Source: Candidatus Nanoarchaeia archaeon (GTDB lineage: Archaea; Nanobdellota; Nanobdellia; SCGC-AAA011-G17; GW2011-AR17). Taken from it: a DNA stretch of 56,873 bases. The notes under the pieces were generated by a model, which was given only the letters and a program-made list of their open reading frames with translations, searched no databases and had not been told where the DNA came from. Position numbers and translations under genes: made by a program. Below are positions 43,787 to 53,600 of the stretch, piece after piece. The DNA lies in contig JBAZYQ010000003.1 of the NCBI GenBank assembly GCA_041659245.1, positions 1-56,873 of the forward strand, written 5' to 3'. Each line of letters starts with the position of its first letter. Within the stretch, counting starts at the first letter, position 1.

Positions 43787-45055
43787 ATGGCAAAACTAAG
43801 AAGCTTTTTATTTTTTGCCAGTATTCTTTTTTTATTGATCATTATTCTCTTATGTATTGTATTTGCTGTAGGATTAACGGAAAATGTTCCTTGGGAAGCC
43901 AATCTTACAGCAGTTAGATTTAGCAGTGTAGCGTTTGGAGATGTGGATAATGATAATCGTTCGGATTTAGTTGTTACTGGTTGCTTAAACGACGGCAGTC
44001 AAGATTGTGAAAATGGAGTAATTGCTAAAGTCTATACAAATAACGGTACTGGACTAAATGAGAATATAACTTGGGGACAGAATCTAACAGGTATTGGGCA
44101 TGGAAGCACAGCATGGGGTGATATAAACAGCGATGGAAATTTAGATTTGGTATTAAGTGGCTGTACAAATGCAAGGGATCTTAGTTGTAATGGTCAGCTA
44201 TTATCTAAAGTTTATATAAATAACGGTACGGTATTGGTAGAAAACATATCTTGGCAACAAAATTTGACGGGTGTTTGGAAGGGGAATCTTGCTCTTACAG
44301 ATATTGATAATGATGGTAGACTTGATTTGGGATTAATTGGTATTACAAGCACTTCTAAAATTGCCAAGATATATATAAACAATGGCAGTTCATTAATAGA
44401 AAATAGTAATTGGCAGAATAATTTAACAGGATTAGATGATGCTTCTTTAACCTTTAGCGATATAAGCAATGATGGAAATATAGATATAGGAATAACTGGA
44501 GAAGATACTAATTCCAATAAAAAAACAATTATTTATATCAATAATGGTTCTTCCTTTATTGAGACCCCTGCATGGAGCCAAGATTTAAAACAAGCGTCTC
44601 AAAGTGGGATGATTTTTGGTGATTATGACAATGACGGGGATATGGATTCTGTTCTTATGGGCTGTTGCGATTTTCTCTATACCTATAAGAATAATGGTTC
44701 GACATTAGAAGAATTTCAAGAAGATACAACAGATAATGGTGTATTAATAGGCATTTTTGCTGGTTCCATTGCTTTTGGCGATTATGACAATGATGGCTTT
44801 TTAGATTTTGTTGTTATTGGAAGAGAAGGAACAAACGGAGGGCGTAACCGAATTTATCAAAATAATAAAAGCGGTTATTTCATTGCCAATAGCACAACGG
44901 GAAATGAACTTCAAAGTGATAATTTTCAACATGGTGCTTTAGCATGGGATGATTTAGAACAAGATGGAGATCTAGACTTAATAGTTATAGGCTTTAATTA
45001 TAATGAGACTATTCTTGACAAAAAGATTTACATTAGTAATTCCTCTTATATATAA
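43787..45055 (+). CDS. FG-GAP/VCBS-repeat surface protein, N-terminal fragment of a frameshift-split gene
   Basis: Signal/TM segment, then seven FG-GAP-type repeats (FGDVDNDNRSDLVV, WGDINSDGNLDLVL, DIDNDGRLDLGL, FSDISNDGNIDIGI, FGDYDNDGDMDSVL, FGDYDNDGFLDFVV, WDDLEQDGDLDLIV). Ends at a TAA inside a (TA)4 run. Confidence 0.7.
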   Translation: MAKLRSFLFFASILFLLIIILLCIVFAVGLTENVPWEANLTAVRFSSVAFGDVDNDNRSDLVVTGCLNDGSQDCENGVIAKVYTNNGTGLNENITWGQNLTGIGHGSTAWGDINSDGNLDLVLSGCTNARDLSCNGQLLSKVYINNGTVLVENISWQQNLTGVWKGNLALTDIDNDGRLDLGLIGITSTSKIAKIYINNGSSLIENSNWQNNLTGLDDASLTFSDISNDGNIDIGITGEDTNSNKKTIIYINNGSSFIETPAWSQDLKQASQSGMIFGDYDNDGDMDSVLMGCCDFLYTYKNNGSTLEEFQEDTTDNGVLIGIFAGSIAFGDYDNDGFLDFVVIGREGTNGGRNRIYQNNKSGYFIANSTTGNELQSDNFQHGALAWDDLEQDGDLDLIVIGFNYNETILDKKIYISNSSYI

Positions 45056-45288
45056 ATAATTCTTCTCCTTATGCACCATCAACATTTAACAATCATTCTT
45101 TAGCAAACGGCGATCTCTTTCTCGGCTGGAACAACGGAAGCGACAATGAAACAACAAGCCCAGGATTATACTATAATCTGCGCGTTGGAACATCAAGCAG
45201 CGGGAATCAGATTGTAAGTGGCGTCTTTGGCGGCTCCTCTGGTGGAGAATGGCGCGGCGGTGGCCCTGCGTCGGGTTATTTCGGCAAC

Positions 45289-46719
45289 ATGATGCAACGA
45301 CGGAACATCTCTTTGGCAGGAACGAGATTTCAAGTGAATACAACATATTACTGGAGCGTCCAGACGATTGACACTGGATTGGCGAAGAGTGCTTGGAGCA
45401 CTGAACAGACGTTTACACTGACATCTGACTTCACGCCGCCAACAATTACACTTAATGCTCCAAGCTCGGGTTTGGTTGCAAACCAAACCTTGGATATTGT
45501 GTTTAATGCGACCGTTTATGATGATTACAACCTGACGAATGTGAGCTTGTATGGAAATTGGAGCGGCTGGCACTTGAATGTGACAAATAGCTCTGGAATT
45601 AATAACACCGACTATCTTTTCAAGGCAAACCTCACAGAAGGAAGCTGGCTGTGGGGAATAAGAGCCTGTGATGCTACAAGCAACTGCCGCAGCTCAAACA
45701 GCACTTTCAGGATTGATATTACATATCCTGTTATTGCGCTTGTAAGTCCTGTAAACGGAACAAGCCAGACGTCTTCAAATAGTATTACTTTCACTTACAA
45801 TGTCTCGGATATAGCAATCAATAATTGCACTTTGTATCTGAATGGTGTTGTGAATGAAACAGACACTTCTATCACTGTAAACACTTCACAGACATTCGCT
45901 GAAAACGTGCCTAACGGGAATTATAATTGGAGCGTAAAATGCGCAGACGCTGCGAACAATATAAACACTACCGCCAATTTCAGCCTGACTGTAAGCTATA
46001 CGCCGTCTGAGACACTCGCATCAACGTCTGGCGGCGGAGGGAGTGGCGGCGGCGGAGCTGTTTCAGTAGCGGTCACAAAAGTAACAAGAATTATAGCTGC
46101 AATCGCAGAAGGCAACAACCTGATTGAGTTTGCAGAAAGCGAAAAAGCATTTGTTGGCGTTGAAGAAATCATGCTGGATTCTGCAGCTGCCGCTTTAAAT
46201 GTGAAAATCACAATTGAGAAACTAACTGCAATGCCTGCGAGCATTGCGTCGGCGCCATCTGGCGAGATTTATACTTATCTGCAATTTAATAAAACTGTTT
46301 TGAAAGATGAGGATGTCAAAGAAGCAAAAATCACTTTCAGCGTTGGAAAAGACTGGGTCACAAGGAATATGTATGATTACAATAAGATTGTTTTGCAGCG
46401 TTACACAACAAAATGGGATGCGCTTCCCACAACTTATTTGAAGCAGAATGCTTCAAACTATTATTATGAAGCTTCAACGCCCGGCTTTTCAGTGTTCGCA
46501 ATAACAGCAGAGAAAAAGCAGGAAGAACAGCCAATAACCGCAGAAAAGCAAAACAAGATACAAGAAAAGCCCGTGATTCCTGCTGAGGGAGCGCCTGCGA
46601 AGCAGGAAGAGCCAAGAAAAAAGCTAATAGGCTATGTTTTCTCTGTATTGATTGCTACAGCAATCATAGCATTGATTATAATATTGGGATTGAAAAGAAA
46701 GAAAAACTTGAAGAAATGA
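45289..46719 (+). CDS. C-terminal fragment of the same surface protein (Ig-like repeats, PGF-pre-PGF domain, TM anchor); homologous frame is open from 45040 without a start codon
   Basis: IYTYLQFNKTV...LQRYTTKWDALPT...STPGFSVFAITA is the PGF-pre-PGF signature, followed by a TM segment and KRKKNLKK. A conserved module (LYYNLRVGTSSSGNQIVS...TYYWSVQTIDTGLAKSAWS) straddles the first ATG. Confidence 0.6.
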   Translation: MMQRRNISLAGTRFQVNTTYYWSVQTIDTGLAKSAWSTEQTFTLTSDFTPPTITLNAPSSGLVANQTLDIVFNATVYDDYNLTNVSLYGNWSGWHLNVTNSSGINNTDYLFKANLTEGSWLWGIRACDATSNCRSSNSTFRIDITYPVIALVSPVNGTSQTSSNSITFTYNVSDIAINNCTLYLNGVVNETDTSITVNTSQTFAENVPNGNYNWSVKCADAANNINTTANFSLTVSYTPSETLASTSGGGGSGGGGAVSVAVTKVTRIIAAIAEGNNLIEFAESEKAFVGVEEIMLDSAAAALNVKITIEKLTAMPASIASAPSGEIYTYLQFNKTVLKDEDVKEAKITFSVGKDWVTRNMYDYNKIVLQRYTTKWDALPTTYLKQNASNYYYEASTPGFSVFAITAEKKQEEQPITAEKQNKIQEKPVIPAEGAPAKQEEPRKKLIGYVFSVLIATAIIALIIILGLKRKKNLKK

Positions 46720-46756
46720 AATATATTGATTTAATGATGGCGGCTTTCCTGGCTTT

Positions 46757-47236
46757 TCAAAGAACATGCCTGTCATGTGAGGCTTCATACTCATACAGCT
46801 CTGCCTCTGAGAACCACAAGCCTACTTCTTGGTCTGCTTCCTCTTTATTTCCAGATGCATGAACAAGATTCTTGACGCTTATCTGCTTCTCGTCAGCATA
46901 ATCATATGAAACATGCGCATAATCTCCTCTTATGGTTCCAATAGGAGCTGACTTTGGCTCTGTGCTGCCGACAACTTTTCTTACAAGCTCAACAGCGTGT
47001 ATGCCTTCAATAGCCATTGCAACAACAGGAGCTGATGTTATGAACTTCTCAAGCAAAGGATACATCTTCTTGCCAACGTGCGCTGAATAGTGCTTTTTTG
47101 AGAATTTTTCGTCTATCCACACCATCTTCATGCCGACTATCTTTAGCCCGCGCTGCTCAAATCTTCCGATTATATCGCCGATAAGCCCTCTCTGGACGCC
47201 GTCGGGCTTTACAAGAACAAGTGTCCTTTCAATCAT
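46757..47236 (-). CDS. ndk: nucleoside diphosphate kinase
   Basis: ERTLVLVKPDGVQRGLIGDIIGRFEQRGLKIVGMK, RGDY, NLVHAS (catalytic His). Confidence 0.9.
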   Translation of the reverse strand: MIERTLVLVKPDGVQRGLIGDIIGRFEQRGLKIVGMKMVWIDEKFSKKHYSAHVGKKMYPLLEKFITSAPVVAMAIEGIHAVELVRKVVGSTEPKSAPIGTIRGDYAHVSYDYADEKQISVKNLVHASGNKEEADQEVGLWFSEAELYEYEASHDRHVL

Positions 47237-47237
47237 T

Positions 47238-47414
47238 TTATTTCTTCTTTTTTGCTGAGGTTACCCACTTCATCTTTCTTGATTTCCTGCCAAGCTTAAT
47301 CATGTTCTTTTCGCATTTGCTTGAGCAAAAAAATAAAATTCTTCCGTCAGCTTTTATGTATTTCTTGCCTGTTCCTTTTTCAAGCTCTTTTGAGCAGAAT
47401 GTGCACTTGTTCAT
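47238..47414 (-). CDS. rpl24e: 50S ribosomal protein L24e (58 aa, below ORF-track cut-off)
   Basis: My translation is [58 protein letters not shown], with the C..C...C..C zinc ribbon typical of L24e. ATGA overlap with the S28e stop. Stop lies 1 nt before the ndk ATG. Confidence 0.85.
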   Translation of the reverse strand: MNKCTFCSKELEKGTGKKYIKADGRILFFCSSKCEKNMIKLGRKSRKMKWVTSAKKKK

Positions 47415-47737
47415 TTGTTGCTCCCGCCCTTGCCGATTCTTCTTGCCTCAGATTCTGTTTCCCTGAGCATCAAGACATCGCCTACTCTTACCGGGCCTTT
47501 GACGTTTCTTGTAAGCACCTTGCTTGCATCCCTTCCTTCAAGAACCCTGCACCTTACATAAAGCAATTCGCCCCTAACTCCTGTTCTTCCTGCCAATTCT
47601 TCTACTTTTGCAGGATATGCGTTTGAGAAAAGGGTTTTTGAATCCAGCTTTTTTTCAGGCTGCTGGGCTACTACTGCTGCCGCTGCTGCCTCAGGCTGCT
47701 TTTCGTGCTTTCCTTTTTTATTTTTGTCTTCTGCCAT
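47411..47737 (-). CDS. rps28e: 30S ribosomal protein S28e with ~35-aa N-terminal extension
   Basis: The core [59 protein letters not shown] is S28e. It is preceded by [30 protein letters not shown]. Confidence 0.85.
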   Translation of the reverse strand: MAEDKNKKGKHEKQPEAAAAAVVAQQPEKKLDSKTLFSNAYPAKVEELAGRTGVRGELLYVRCRVLEGRDASKVLTRNVKGPVRVGDVLMLRETESEARRIGKGGSNK

Positions 47738-47745
47738 TTTGAACC

Positions 47746-48075
47746 TTACTGTGACATTTCAGAAATGCGTTTAATTATGTCTTTTGCCTCTCCTTCCTGG
47801 AGAACTGCAACTGCTGAAGTTCCAACAGGCAATCCTGCTGATGCTCCCAGCTCTTCTTTTGTTGCAACTGTAACAAGCGGGATTTTCTTTTCAGCGCAAA
47901 GCGGCTTGAACGGCATGATAATCTCTGGTGGATTAACATCTTTTGCCACGACAACTAGCTTTGCAGCGCCTTTTTCTATTGCCTTTATTGCCTCGTTGGC
48001 GCCTTTCTTTATCTTGCCTGTCTTTCTTGCCTTTTCAATTGCCTCAAGGGCCATGTCTGATAATTCGTCTGTCAT
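47746..48075 (-). CDS. rpl7ae: 50S ribosomal protein L7Ae
   Basis: [48 protein letters not shown] is the L7Ae/L30e kink-turn binder signature. GGAGGT SD. Confidence 0.9.
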   Translation of the reverse strand: MTDELSDMALEAIEKARKTGKIKKGANEAIKAIEKGAAKLVVVAKDVNPPEIIMPFKPLCAEKKIPLVTVATKEELGASAGLPVGTSAVAVLQEGEAKDIIKRISEMSQ

Positions 48076-48127
48076 TTTAATAACCTCCTATAAGTCATTG
48101 GTTGTTATAGGGTAGAATTCAGGGGGG

Positions 48128-48137
48128 TTTATAAAGG
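48128..48137 (-). promoter_or_regulatory. TATA box for rpl7ae-rps28e-rpl24e-ndk operon
   Basis: The minus strand reads CCTTTATAAA, about 53 nt upstream of ATG 48075. Confidence 0.4.
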
Positions 48138-48222
48138 TTTCGTCGTAGACTCCTTGGGAAAGCAGTAAGGCTGCTTTGCCCCTTACATTTATAGACATTA
48201 AAAAGAAAAAATAAAAAGAGGT

Positions 48223-48969
48223 TTACTCAATTTCATATACTAAAGTTGCAGTTGCCCTTACTTCCAAAGCCTGCGGCATTATTGAAGTGCCTGCATCTTT
48301 TGGGCTGGCAGATGCCATTTCCATTCTTGCGCCGTAGTATATGTAAGGCATGTAGCTGCTTCCGCCTTCAACAGATGTCAGCTTTTTCAATGAAACGCCT
48401 GATGCGTCAGCCATTGCCTCTGCCCTTGATTTTGCAAGCTCAGTAGCCTTTGCCAATGCATCCTTGTCAACTACTTGCTTTTTCTCAGTCGTAAGCCCGA
48501 AATTAACATTCTCAACAGAGTTTGCCCCTGCTTTTATTGCAACATCTATCAATTCACCTGATTCTTCTGCCTTGTTTGTTGTTGCTTTAATCACATTTCT
48601 TACAACATATCCTGTTGTTATGTATTCCTGCGTGTCTTCATCATATCTTTGCTCAGGGTATATTGTGAATGAGCTTGTTTCAATGTCCTCTTTCTTAAGC
48701 CCTGCTGTTTTCAATGCAACAATCACTGCATTTGACGCTTCTGAATTAAGAATCCTTGCGCCGTCAGCTGTCTCTGCTTTCTTTTGAATATTCAGGTAAA
48801 TCTCTGCCTTGTCAGGGGCGGTTGTTATTGTTGATTCTCCTGAAACAGTCAGCACATTCTTCGCAGGCTGCATATTCAGAGTATAGTCCGGCCTTATGGC
48901 TGCAGTCAAAACCACAGCTGCGACTAAGCCGATAATCACAATGTACGATAGTATTCCTTTGATTTCCAT
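48223..48969 (-). CDS. SIMPL/DUF541-family secreted protein
   Basis: N-terminal TM segment. VSGESTITTAPDKAEIYLNI ... TGYVVRN ... GANSVENVNFGL follows the SIMPL pattern. Confidence 0.55.
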   Translation of the reverse strand: MEIKGILSYIVIIGLVAAVVLTAAIRPDYTLNMQPAKNVLTVSGESTITTAPDKAEIYLNIQKKAETADGARILNSEASNAVIVALKTAGLKKEDIETSSFTIYPEQRYDEDTQEYITTGYVVRNVIKATTNKAEESGELIDVAIKAGANSVENVNFGLTTEKKQVVDKDALAKATELAKSRAEAMADASGVSLKKLTSVEGGSSYMPYIYYGARMEMASASPKDAGTSIMPQALEVRATATLVYEIE

Positions 48970-49138
48970 GTTAATACGCTCCCGCCTTTCTCAAGGCATA
49001 AAAGTATAATGCCCTAGCTTATTATTAAAGCTTATTAATTGCTTAGGCAGGCGCCTAAGTGCGGAAATAAGAAACTAATCTGAACCATAAGCTTTATATC
49101 GGGGTTTTGCCTTTTTATATTTATTAAAAGGGGAATAA

Positions 49139-49867
49139 ATGGCAAGAACACTAATCGAACTGCAGGATGTATGGAAGACATACAAGATGGAAGAAACAGA
49201 GGTTAATGCTCTAAGAGGCATTACTCTTAAATTCAATGAAGGGGATTTTGCAAGCATTCAGGGGCCTTCAGGCTCAGGCAAAAGCACATTGATGCATCTT
49301 GTTGGATGCCTTGACTTGCCTTCAAAAGGAAAAATACTTCTTGACGGGCACGACATCTCAAAGATGAGTGAAAGCCAGCTTGCCACAATAAGGGGAAAGA
49401 AAATAGGGTTTGTATTCCAGGCATTTAACCTTATTCCATCGCTTACTGCAATGGAAAATGTGATGCTTCCGATGATTTTTAACAATGTGCCAAAAGAAAT
49501 AAGGCTTAAGACAGCGCGTGAGCTGCTTGAAGACATGGGGCTTCAGCACAGATTAGACCACAAGCCAAACCAAATGTCAGGCGGAGAGCAGCAGAGAGTT
49601 GCAATCGCAAGGGCTTTGTCAAATGACCCTGAAGTTATTCTTGCTGATGAGCCAACTGGCAATCTTGACTCAACAACAGGCAAGCACATACTGGATATAA
49701 TAGAGCATCTTTACAAGGAGCACAAGAAAACAATCATAATGGTCACCCACGACCCCTACATTGCGAACTTTGCTGAAAAAAAAGTTGTAATAGTTGACGG
49801 CAAGCTGGGGCATGACCATGAATATTTGAAAAAAGTGCTTTGGAAGAATGGAGGTAGTCGAAAATGA
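49139..49867 (+). CDS. ABC transporter ATP-binding protein (MacB/LolD type)
   Basis: GPSGSGKST (Walker A), [15 protein letters not shown] (signature), [11 protein letters not shown] (Walker B). Confidence 0.85.
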   Translation: MARTLIELQDVWKTYKMEETEVNALRGITLKFNEGDFASIQGPSGSGKSTLMHLVGCLDLPSKGKILLDGHDISKMSESQLATIRGKKIGFVFQAFNLIPSLTAMENVMLPMIFNNVPKEIRLKTARELLEDMGLQHRLDHKPNQMSGGEQQRVAIARALSNDPEVILADEPTGNLDSTTGKHILDIIEHLYKEHKKTIIMVTHDPYIANFAEKKVVIVDGKLGHDHEYLKKVLWKNGGSRK

Positions 49868-51081
49868 AAAGAACAATATTAGTTTTGTTGGCTTTGTTTT
49901 TGTTGCTGTCATCAGCAGCGTACGCAAGGCAGACAGTCGTGACAAGCGCAAATGAAATGAAGATAGACCTTTTAAGGTATGATCCCTCGCCTGTGCAGCC
50001 CGGCGACACAACTGACATATGGTTTGAAATCATAAACCTGAAAGATGTTCCCATGAATGACTTTGATGTCACTTTTGTGGAAGACTATCCTTTCAAAATG
50101 TTGTCAGACAAAATAATACACTTCAGCAGGCTGGACGCAGGGGGAAAGATTCAGTTCAAGTTTCAGGTTGAAGTGAATGCAAACGCCAATGAGGCAGCAC
50201 ATAATGTGTTCATACAATATTATTCAAGGACTTCCGGAACAATAACAAGCGAGCCATTTGCGGTTACAGTAAAAAGACTGGGCTCTATTGTTTCAACAGC
50301 CATCAGCGTAACGCAGTCTGAAGGGGAGATTGCAAGAATTGCGCCAGGCAGTGTCGCTGATGTTGAAGTTTCAATAAAAAATTCAGCTGACTCGGTGATG
50401 AGGGATGTAATTGTTTCGCTTGACTTATCTTCCGCAACAATGCCTTTTGCTCCGGTTGGCATGACAACTGAGCAGAAAATAAGAAGCATAGCTGCTGGCA
50501 GTGAGGAAAGTGTTATATACAAGCTTATTGCAACGCCTGACGCAGCTGCAGGAGTCTATAAAATACCCTTGAAAATAAAATATTATGATGAAGTAGGAGA
50601 TCTCCATAACACTTCAGACATTGTCGGAATTACAGTGGGAGCAGAGCCAAAGCTGATGGTTGTGCTTGACAGCACTGAGCTGACAAAATCAAACACTAAG
50701 GGCAAGGTGATTTTGAAGGTAATAAACTACGGCACAACTGACGTTAAGTTTGCAATGCTTAAGGTGCTTGACGGTGAGAATTTCAAGAAATTTACTTCAG
50801 GCGAGAATTATATAGGCAATGTTGACTCTGACGACTATGAAACAGTTGAATTCAGGGTTGAAGCAAGCGCAGACAGCATTACAATACCTGTTTCCTTGGA
50901 ATACATGGATGCAAACAATGTGCAGTATTCTGAAACCCGGAATGTTGAGATAATGCTTTATACGCCAAGCGATTTGGGAGTAACGCAGAGCAGCACGTGG
51001 GCTTATGTGCTTGTTATTATTGTATTGATTGGCGCATATATCGGCTACAGGAAGTATAAGCATAAAAAACAGCAGAAATGA
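49864..51081 (+). CDS. secreted beta-rich protein with C-terminal TM anchor, co-transcribed with ABC transporter
   Basis: ATGA overlaps on both sides. Signal peptide, repeated Ig/CARDB-like segments, terminal WAYVLVIIVLIGAYIGYRKYKHKK. Confidence 0.5.
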   Translation: MKRTILVLLALFLLLSSAAYARQTVVTSANEMKIDLLRYDPSPVQPGDTTDIWFEIINLKDVPMNDFDVTFVEDYPFKMLSDKIIHFSRLDAGGKIQFKFQVEVNANANEAAHNVFIQYYSRTSGTITSEPFAVTVKRLGSIVSTAISVTQSEGEIARIAPGSVADVEVSIKNSADSVMRDVIVSLDLSSATMPFAPVGMTTEQKIRSIAAGSEESVIYKLIATPDAAAGVYKIPLKIKYYDEVGDLHNTSDIVGITVGAEPKLMVVLDSTELTKSNTKGKVILKVINYGTTDVKFAMLKVLDGENFKKFTSGENYIGNVDSDDYETVEFRVEASADSITIPVSLEYMDANNVQYSETRNVEIMLYTPSDLGVTQSSTWAYVLVIIVLIGAYIGYRKYKHKKQQK

Positions 51082-52289
51082 TAGCTGATTATTTTTCCCT
51101 TGCCGTTAAGGGGATTACGAGGAGAAAGCTGAGAAGCTGGCTCACCCTTATAGGCATTTTTATAGGGATTACTGCCGTTGTATCGCTGATTACATTAAGC
51201 CAGGCAATGCAGGATGCTGTCACAGGGGAGTTCTCGAAATTAGGCACAAACAGGATAATGGTAAGCCCCGGCGGAAAGAGCTTTGGCCCGACTGCCGGCA
51301 GCATTACAAATGCAAAATTCTTTGACAAGGATGTTGAATCAGTGAGAAATGTGAGGGGTGTGGATGAAGTCATAGGCCCCCTTATAAGGACCGCCACTGT
51401 TGAATTCCGCAAGGAGAAAAAGTCCATTATGGCCTTCTCTTATCCCACTGATGCGTCATTCATACGCATTCTTGAGAAACAGGGCTTTCTTGACATTGAA
51501 GACGGAAGGCTGTTTAAGCCGTCAGACAAATATGTCGTGATATTAAGCTATCCAAATGCATACGACACTTTTGAAAAGGATGTAAAAGTCGGGGATAAAG
51601 TTAAAATCAATGAGTATGATTTTGAGGTAATAGGCATAAGAAAGAAAACAGGCTCATTGCAGGACATGGCAATGGGCATCCCCCTTGAGACAGGCAGGGA
51701 AATATTCGGGGAAAAAGAGGAAGTCTCTTCTATTTTTGCAGTGATAAAAGAAGGATTTGACACAAGCCTTGTTGCTGATGACATAAAAAAAGAATTGGGG
51801 AAAGAAAGAAATGTTGAGGAAGGCGAGGAGGATTTCACAGTGAATAACCCTGCAAAGCTCATGGAAACATTCACTTCGATAACAGACGCGATAAAAGCAG
51901 TGCTTATAGGAATTGCAGCAATTTCAATAATTGTCGGCGGAATAGGGATAACAAACACAATGTACACTTCTGTCGCGGAAAGGACAAGGGAAATAGGCAT
52001 AATGAAGGCAACAGGAGCAAGGAACTCTTCAATATTAACACTCTTCCTTATTGAGTCAGGGCTTTTGGGATTGATTGGCGGCGTGTTCGGGCTTTTGGCA
52101 GGCTATGGGATAAGCCTTGTTGCAAGCTATGCCGCAATGCAGGCAGCAGGCATAGAGATTAATGCAGCGCTTTCGCTTGCCATGATTATCGGCTCTTTAT
52201 TATTTTCATTCACAATTGGGGCTGTCTCAGGAATAACTCCTGCAAGGGCGGCTGCAAGGCTTCAGCCTGTGGAGGCTTTGAGAAAATGA
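51078..52289 (+). CDS. ABC transporter permease (FtsX/MacB type)
   Basis: N-terminal TM segment, large extracytoplasmic domain, then three C-terminal TM segments with RTREIGIMKATGA (FtsX box). Confidence 0.8.
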   Translation: MIADYFSLAVKGITRRKLRSWLTLIGIFIGITAVVSLITLSQAMQDAVTGEFSKLGTNRIMVSPGGKSFGPTAGSITNAKFFDKDVESVRNVRGVDEVIGPLIRTATVEFRKEKKSIMAFSYPTDASFIRILEKQGFLDIEDGRLFKPSDKYVVILSYPNAYDTFEKDVKVGDKVKINEYDFEVIGIRKKTGSLQDMAMGIPLETGREIFGEKEEVSSIFAVIKEGFDTSLVADDIKKELGKERNVEEGEEDFTVNNPAKLMETFTSITDAIKAVLIGIAAISIIVGGIGITNTMYTSVAERTREIGIMKATGARNSSILTLFLIESGLLGLIGGVFGLLAGYGISLVASYAAMQAAGIEINAALSLAMIIGSLLFSFTIGAVSGITPARAAARLQPVEALRK

Positions 52290-52317
52290 AGCGCCATAGT
52301 GAAAAGAGGGGCGGGCT

Positions 52318-53529
52318 ATGATCAAGGATTTCATCTGGTTCAGCATTTCCTCGTTCAAGACAAGAAGAGTGCGCTCGCTGCTTACAATGCTGGGCATTGT
52401 AATAGGCGTTGCCCTGCTTGTCACGCTTGTTTCTTTAGGGCAGGGGCTTGAGGATTCAATCACTGCGCAGTTTGAAACTCTTGGCACAGACAAGATTTAC
52501 ATTTATCCGGGCTCAAACGTTGTTTCAGCTACTGTTTCAGACCTGTATTTTTCTGAAAAGGAGAAAGATGCAATAGGCAAAGTGAGCGGGGTAAAGTATG
52601 TTGCTGTAATGGTATACAAAATTGCAAGAGTCGAGCATGATGATGAAGTTAAGTACACGCAGGTTATGGGCATGCCTCTTGATGAGACAAGGGAAGTTTT
52701 CAAGACAGTGCATAACATGGAAGTTGTTGAAGGAAGGGATTTGAAAAATGGGGACAAGTCAAAGGCAGTCATGGGCATCAGCCTGACGGAAGACAAAACA
52801 GTGTTTGCAAAGGGCATTCCGGTTGGCTCCAAAATGCTTATTGAAGGGCAGGAATTTGAGATTATAGGCTCATTGGACAGAATAGGAAATCCTGATGATG
52901 ACAGCATGCTGATAATTCCGCTTGACACTGCAAAAACCCTTTTTAATCAGGAAGGGAAATATAATTTCCTTCTTGCGCAGGTGGATGAAGGGGCTTCCCC
53001 AAAAGTTGTTGCTGCAAAAATCAAGAAAGAATTGCGTTCTATGAGGGGATTGGATGAAGGTGATGAGGATTTCAGCGTACAGACAACTGATGACTTAATG
53101 GACTCATTTTCAACGATTCTTTCTGTTGTGCAGGCTGTTGTCCTTGGCCTGGCTTTGATTTCACTTATTGTAGGGGCAATAGGCATTATGAACACAATGT
53201 ACACTGCAATCATTGAAAGGACAAGGCAGATTGGCGTTATGAAAGCGATAGGGGCAACTAATTTTAACATTGCATTCATATTCCAGGTTGAATCAGGGCT
53301 TTTGGGATTTGCAGGCGGGGTTGTAGGCGTGCTTATAGGCATGGGAATAGGCAAGCTGGTTGAAGTTGTTGCGCATTATGCAAATATCACATTCTTTAAT
53401 ATTTCATTTCCATGGTGGCTTCTTTTGGGGGCTTTGGCATTTTCAACCATTGTAGGGATATTGTCGGGATTGTTTCCCTCGCTGCAGGCTGCGAAGATGA
53501 AGCCGGTGGATGCTTTACGTTACGAGTAA
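52318..53529 (+). CDS. ABC transporter permease (FtsX/MacB type), second copy
   Basis: Same architecture as the upstream permease, with RTRQIGVMKAIGA. Confidence 0.8.
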   Translation: MIKDFIWFSISSFKTRRVRSLLTMLGIVIGVALLVTLVSLGQGLEDSITAQFETLGTDKIYIYPGSNVVSATVSDLYFSEKEKDAIGKVSGVKYVAVMVYKIARVEHDDEVKYTQVMGMPLDETREVFKTVHNMEVVEGRDLKNGDKSKAVMGISLTEDKTVFAKGIPVGSKMLIEGQEFEIIGSLDRIGNPDDDSMLIIPLDTAKTLFNQEGKYNFLLAQVDEGASPKVVAAKIKKELRSMRGLDEGDEDFSVQTTDDLMDSFSTILSVVQAVVLGLALISLIVGAIGIMNTMYTAIIERTRQIGVMKAIGATNFNIAFIFQVESGLLGFAGGVVGVLIGMGIGKLVEVVAHYANITFFNISFPWWLLLGALAFSTIVGILSGLFPSLQAAKMKPVDALRYE

Positions 53530-53600
53530 AAGGCGGAAACTATAAAAACAGGGCTTGCTTTTGGTTATATTAACAATAAGTTAACTTGGAGGTTAAAAAC

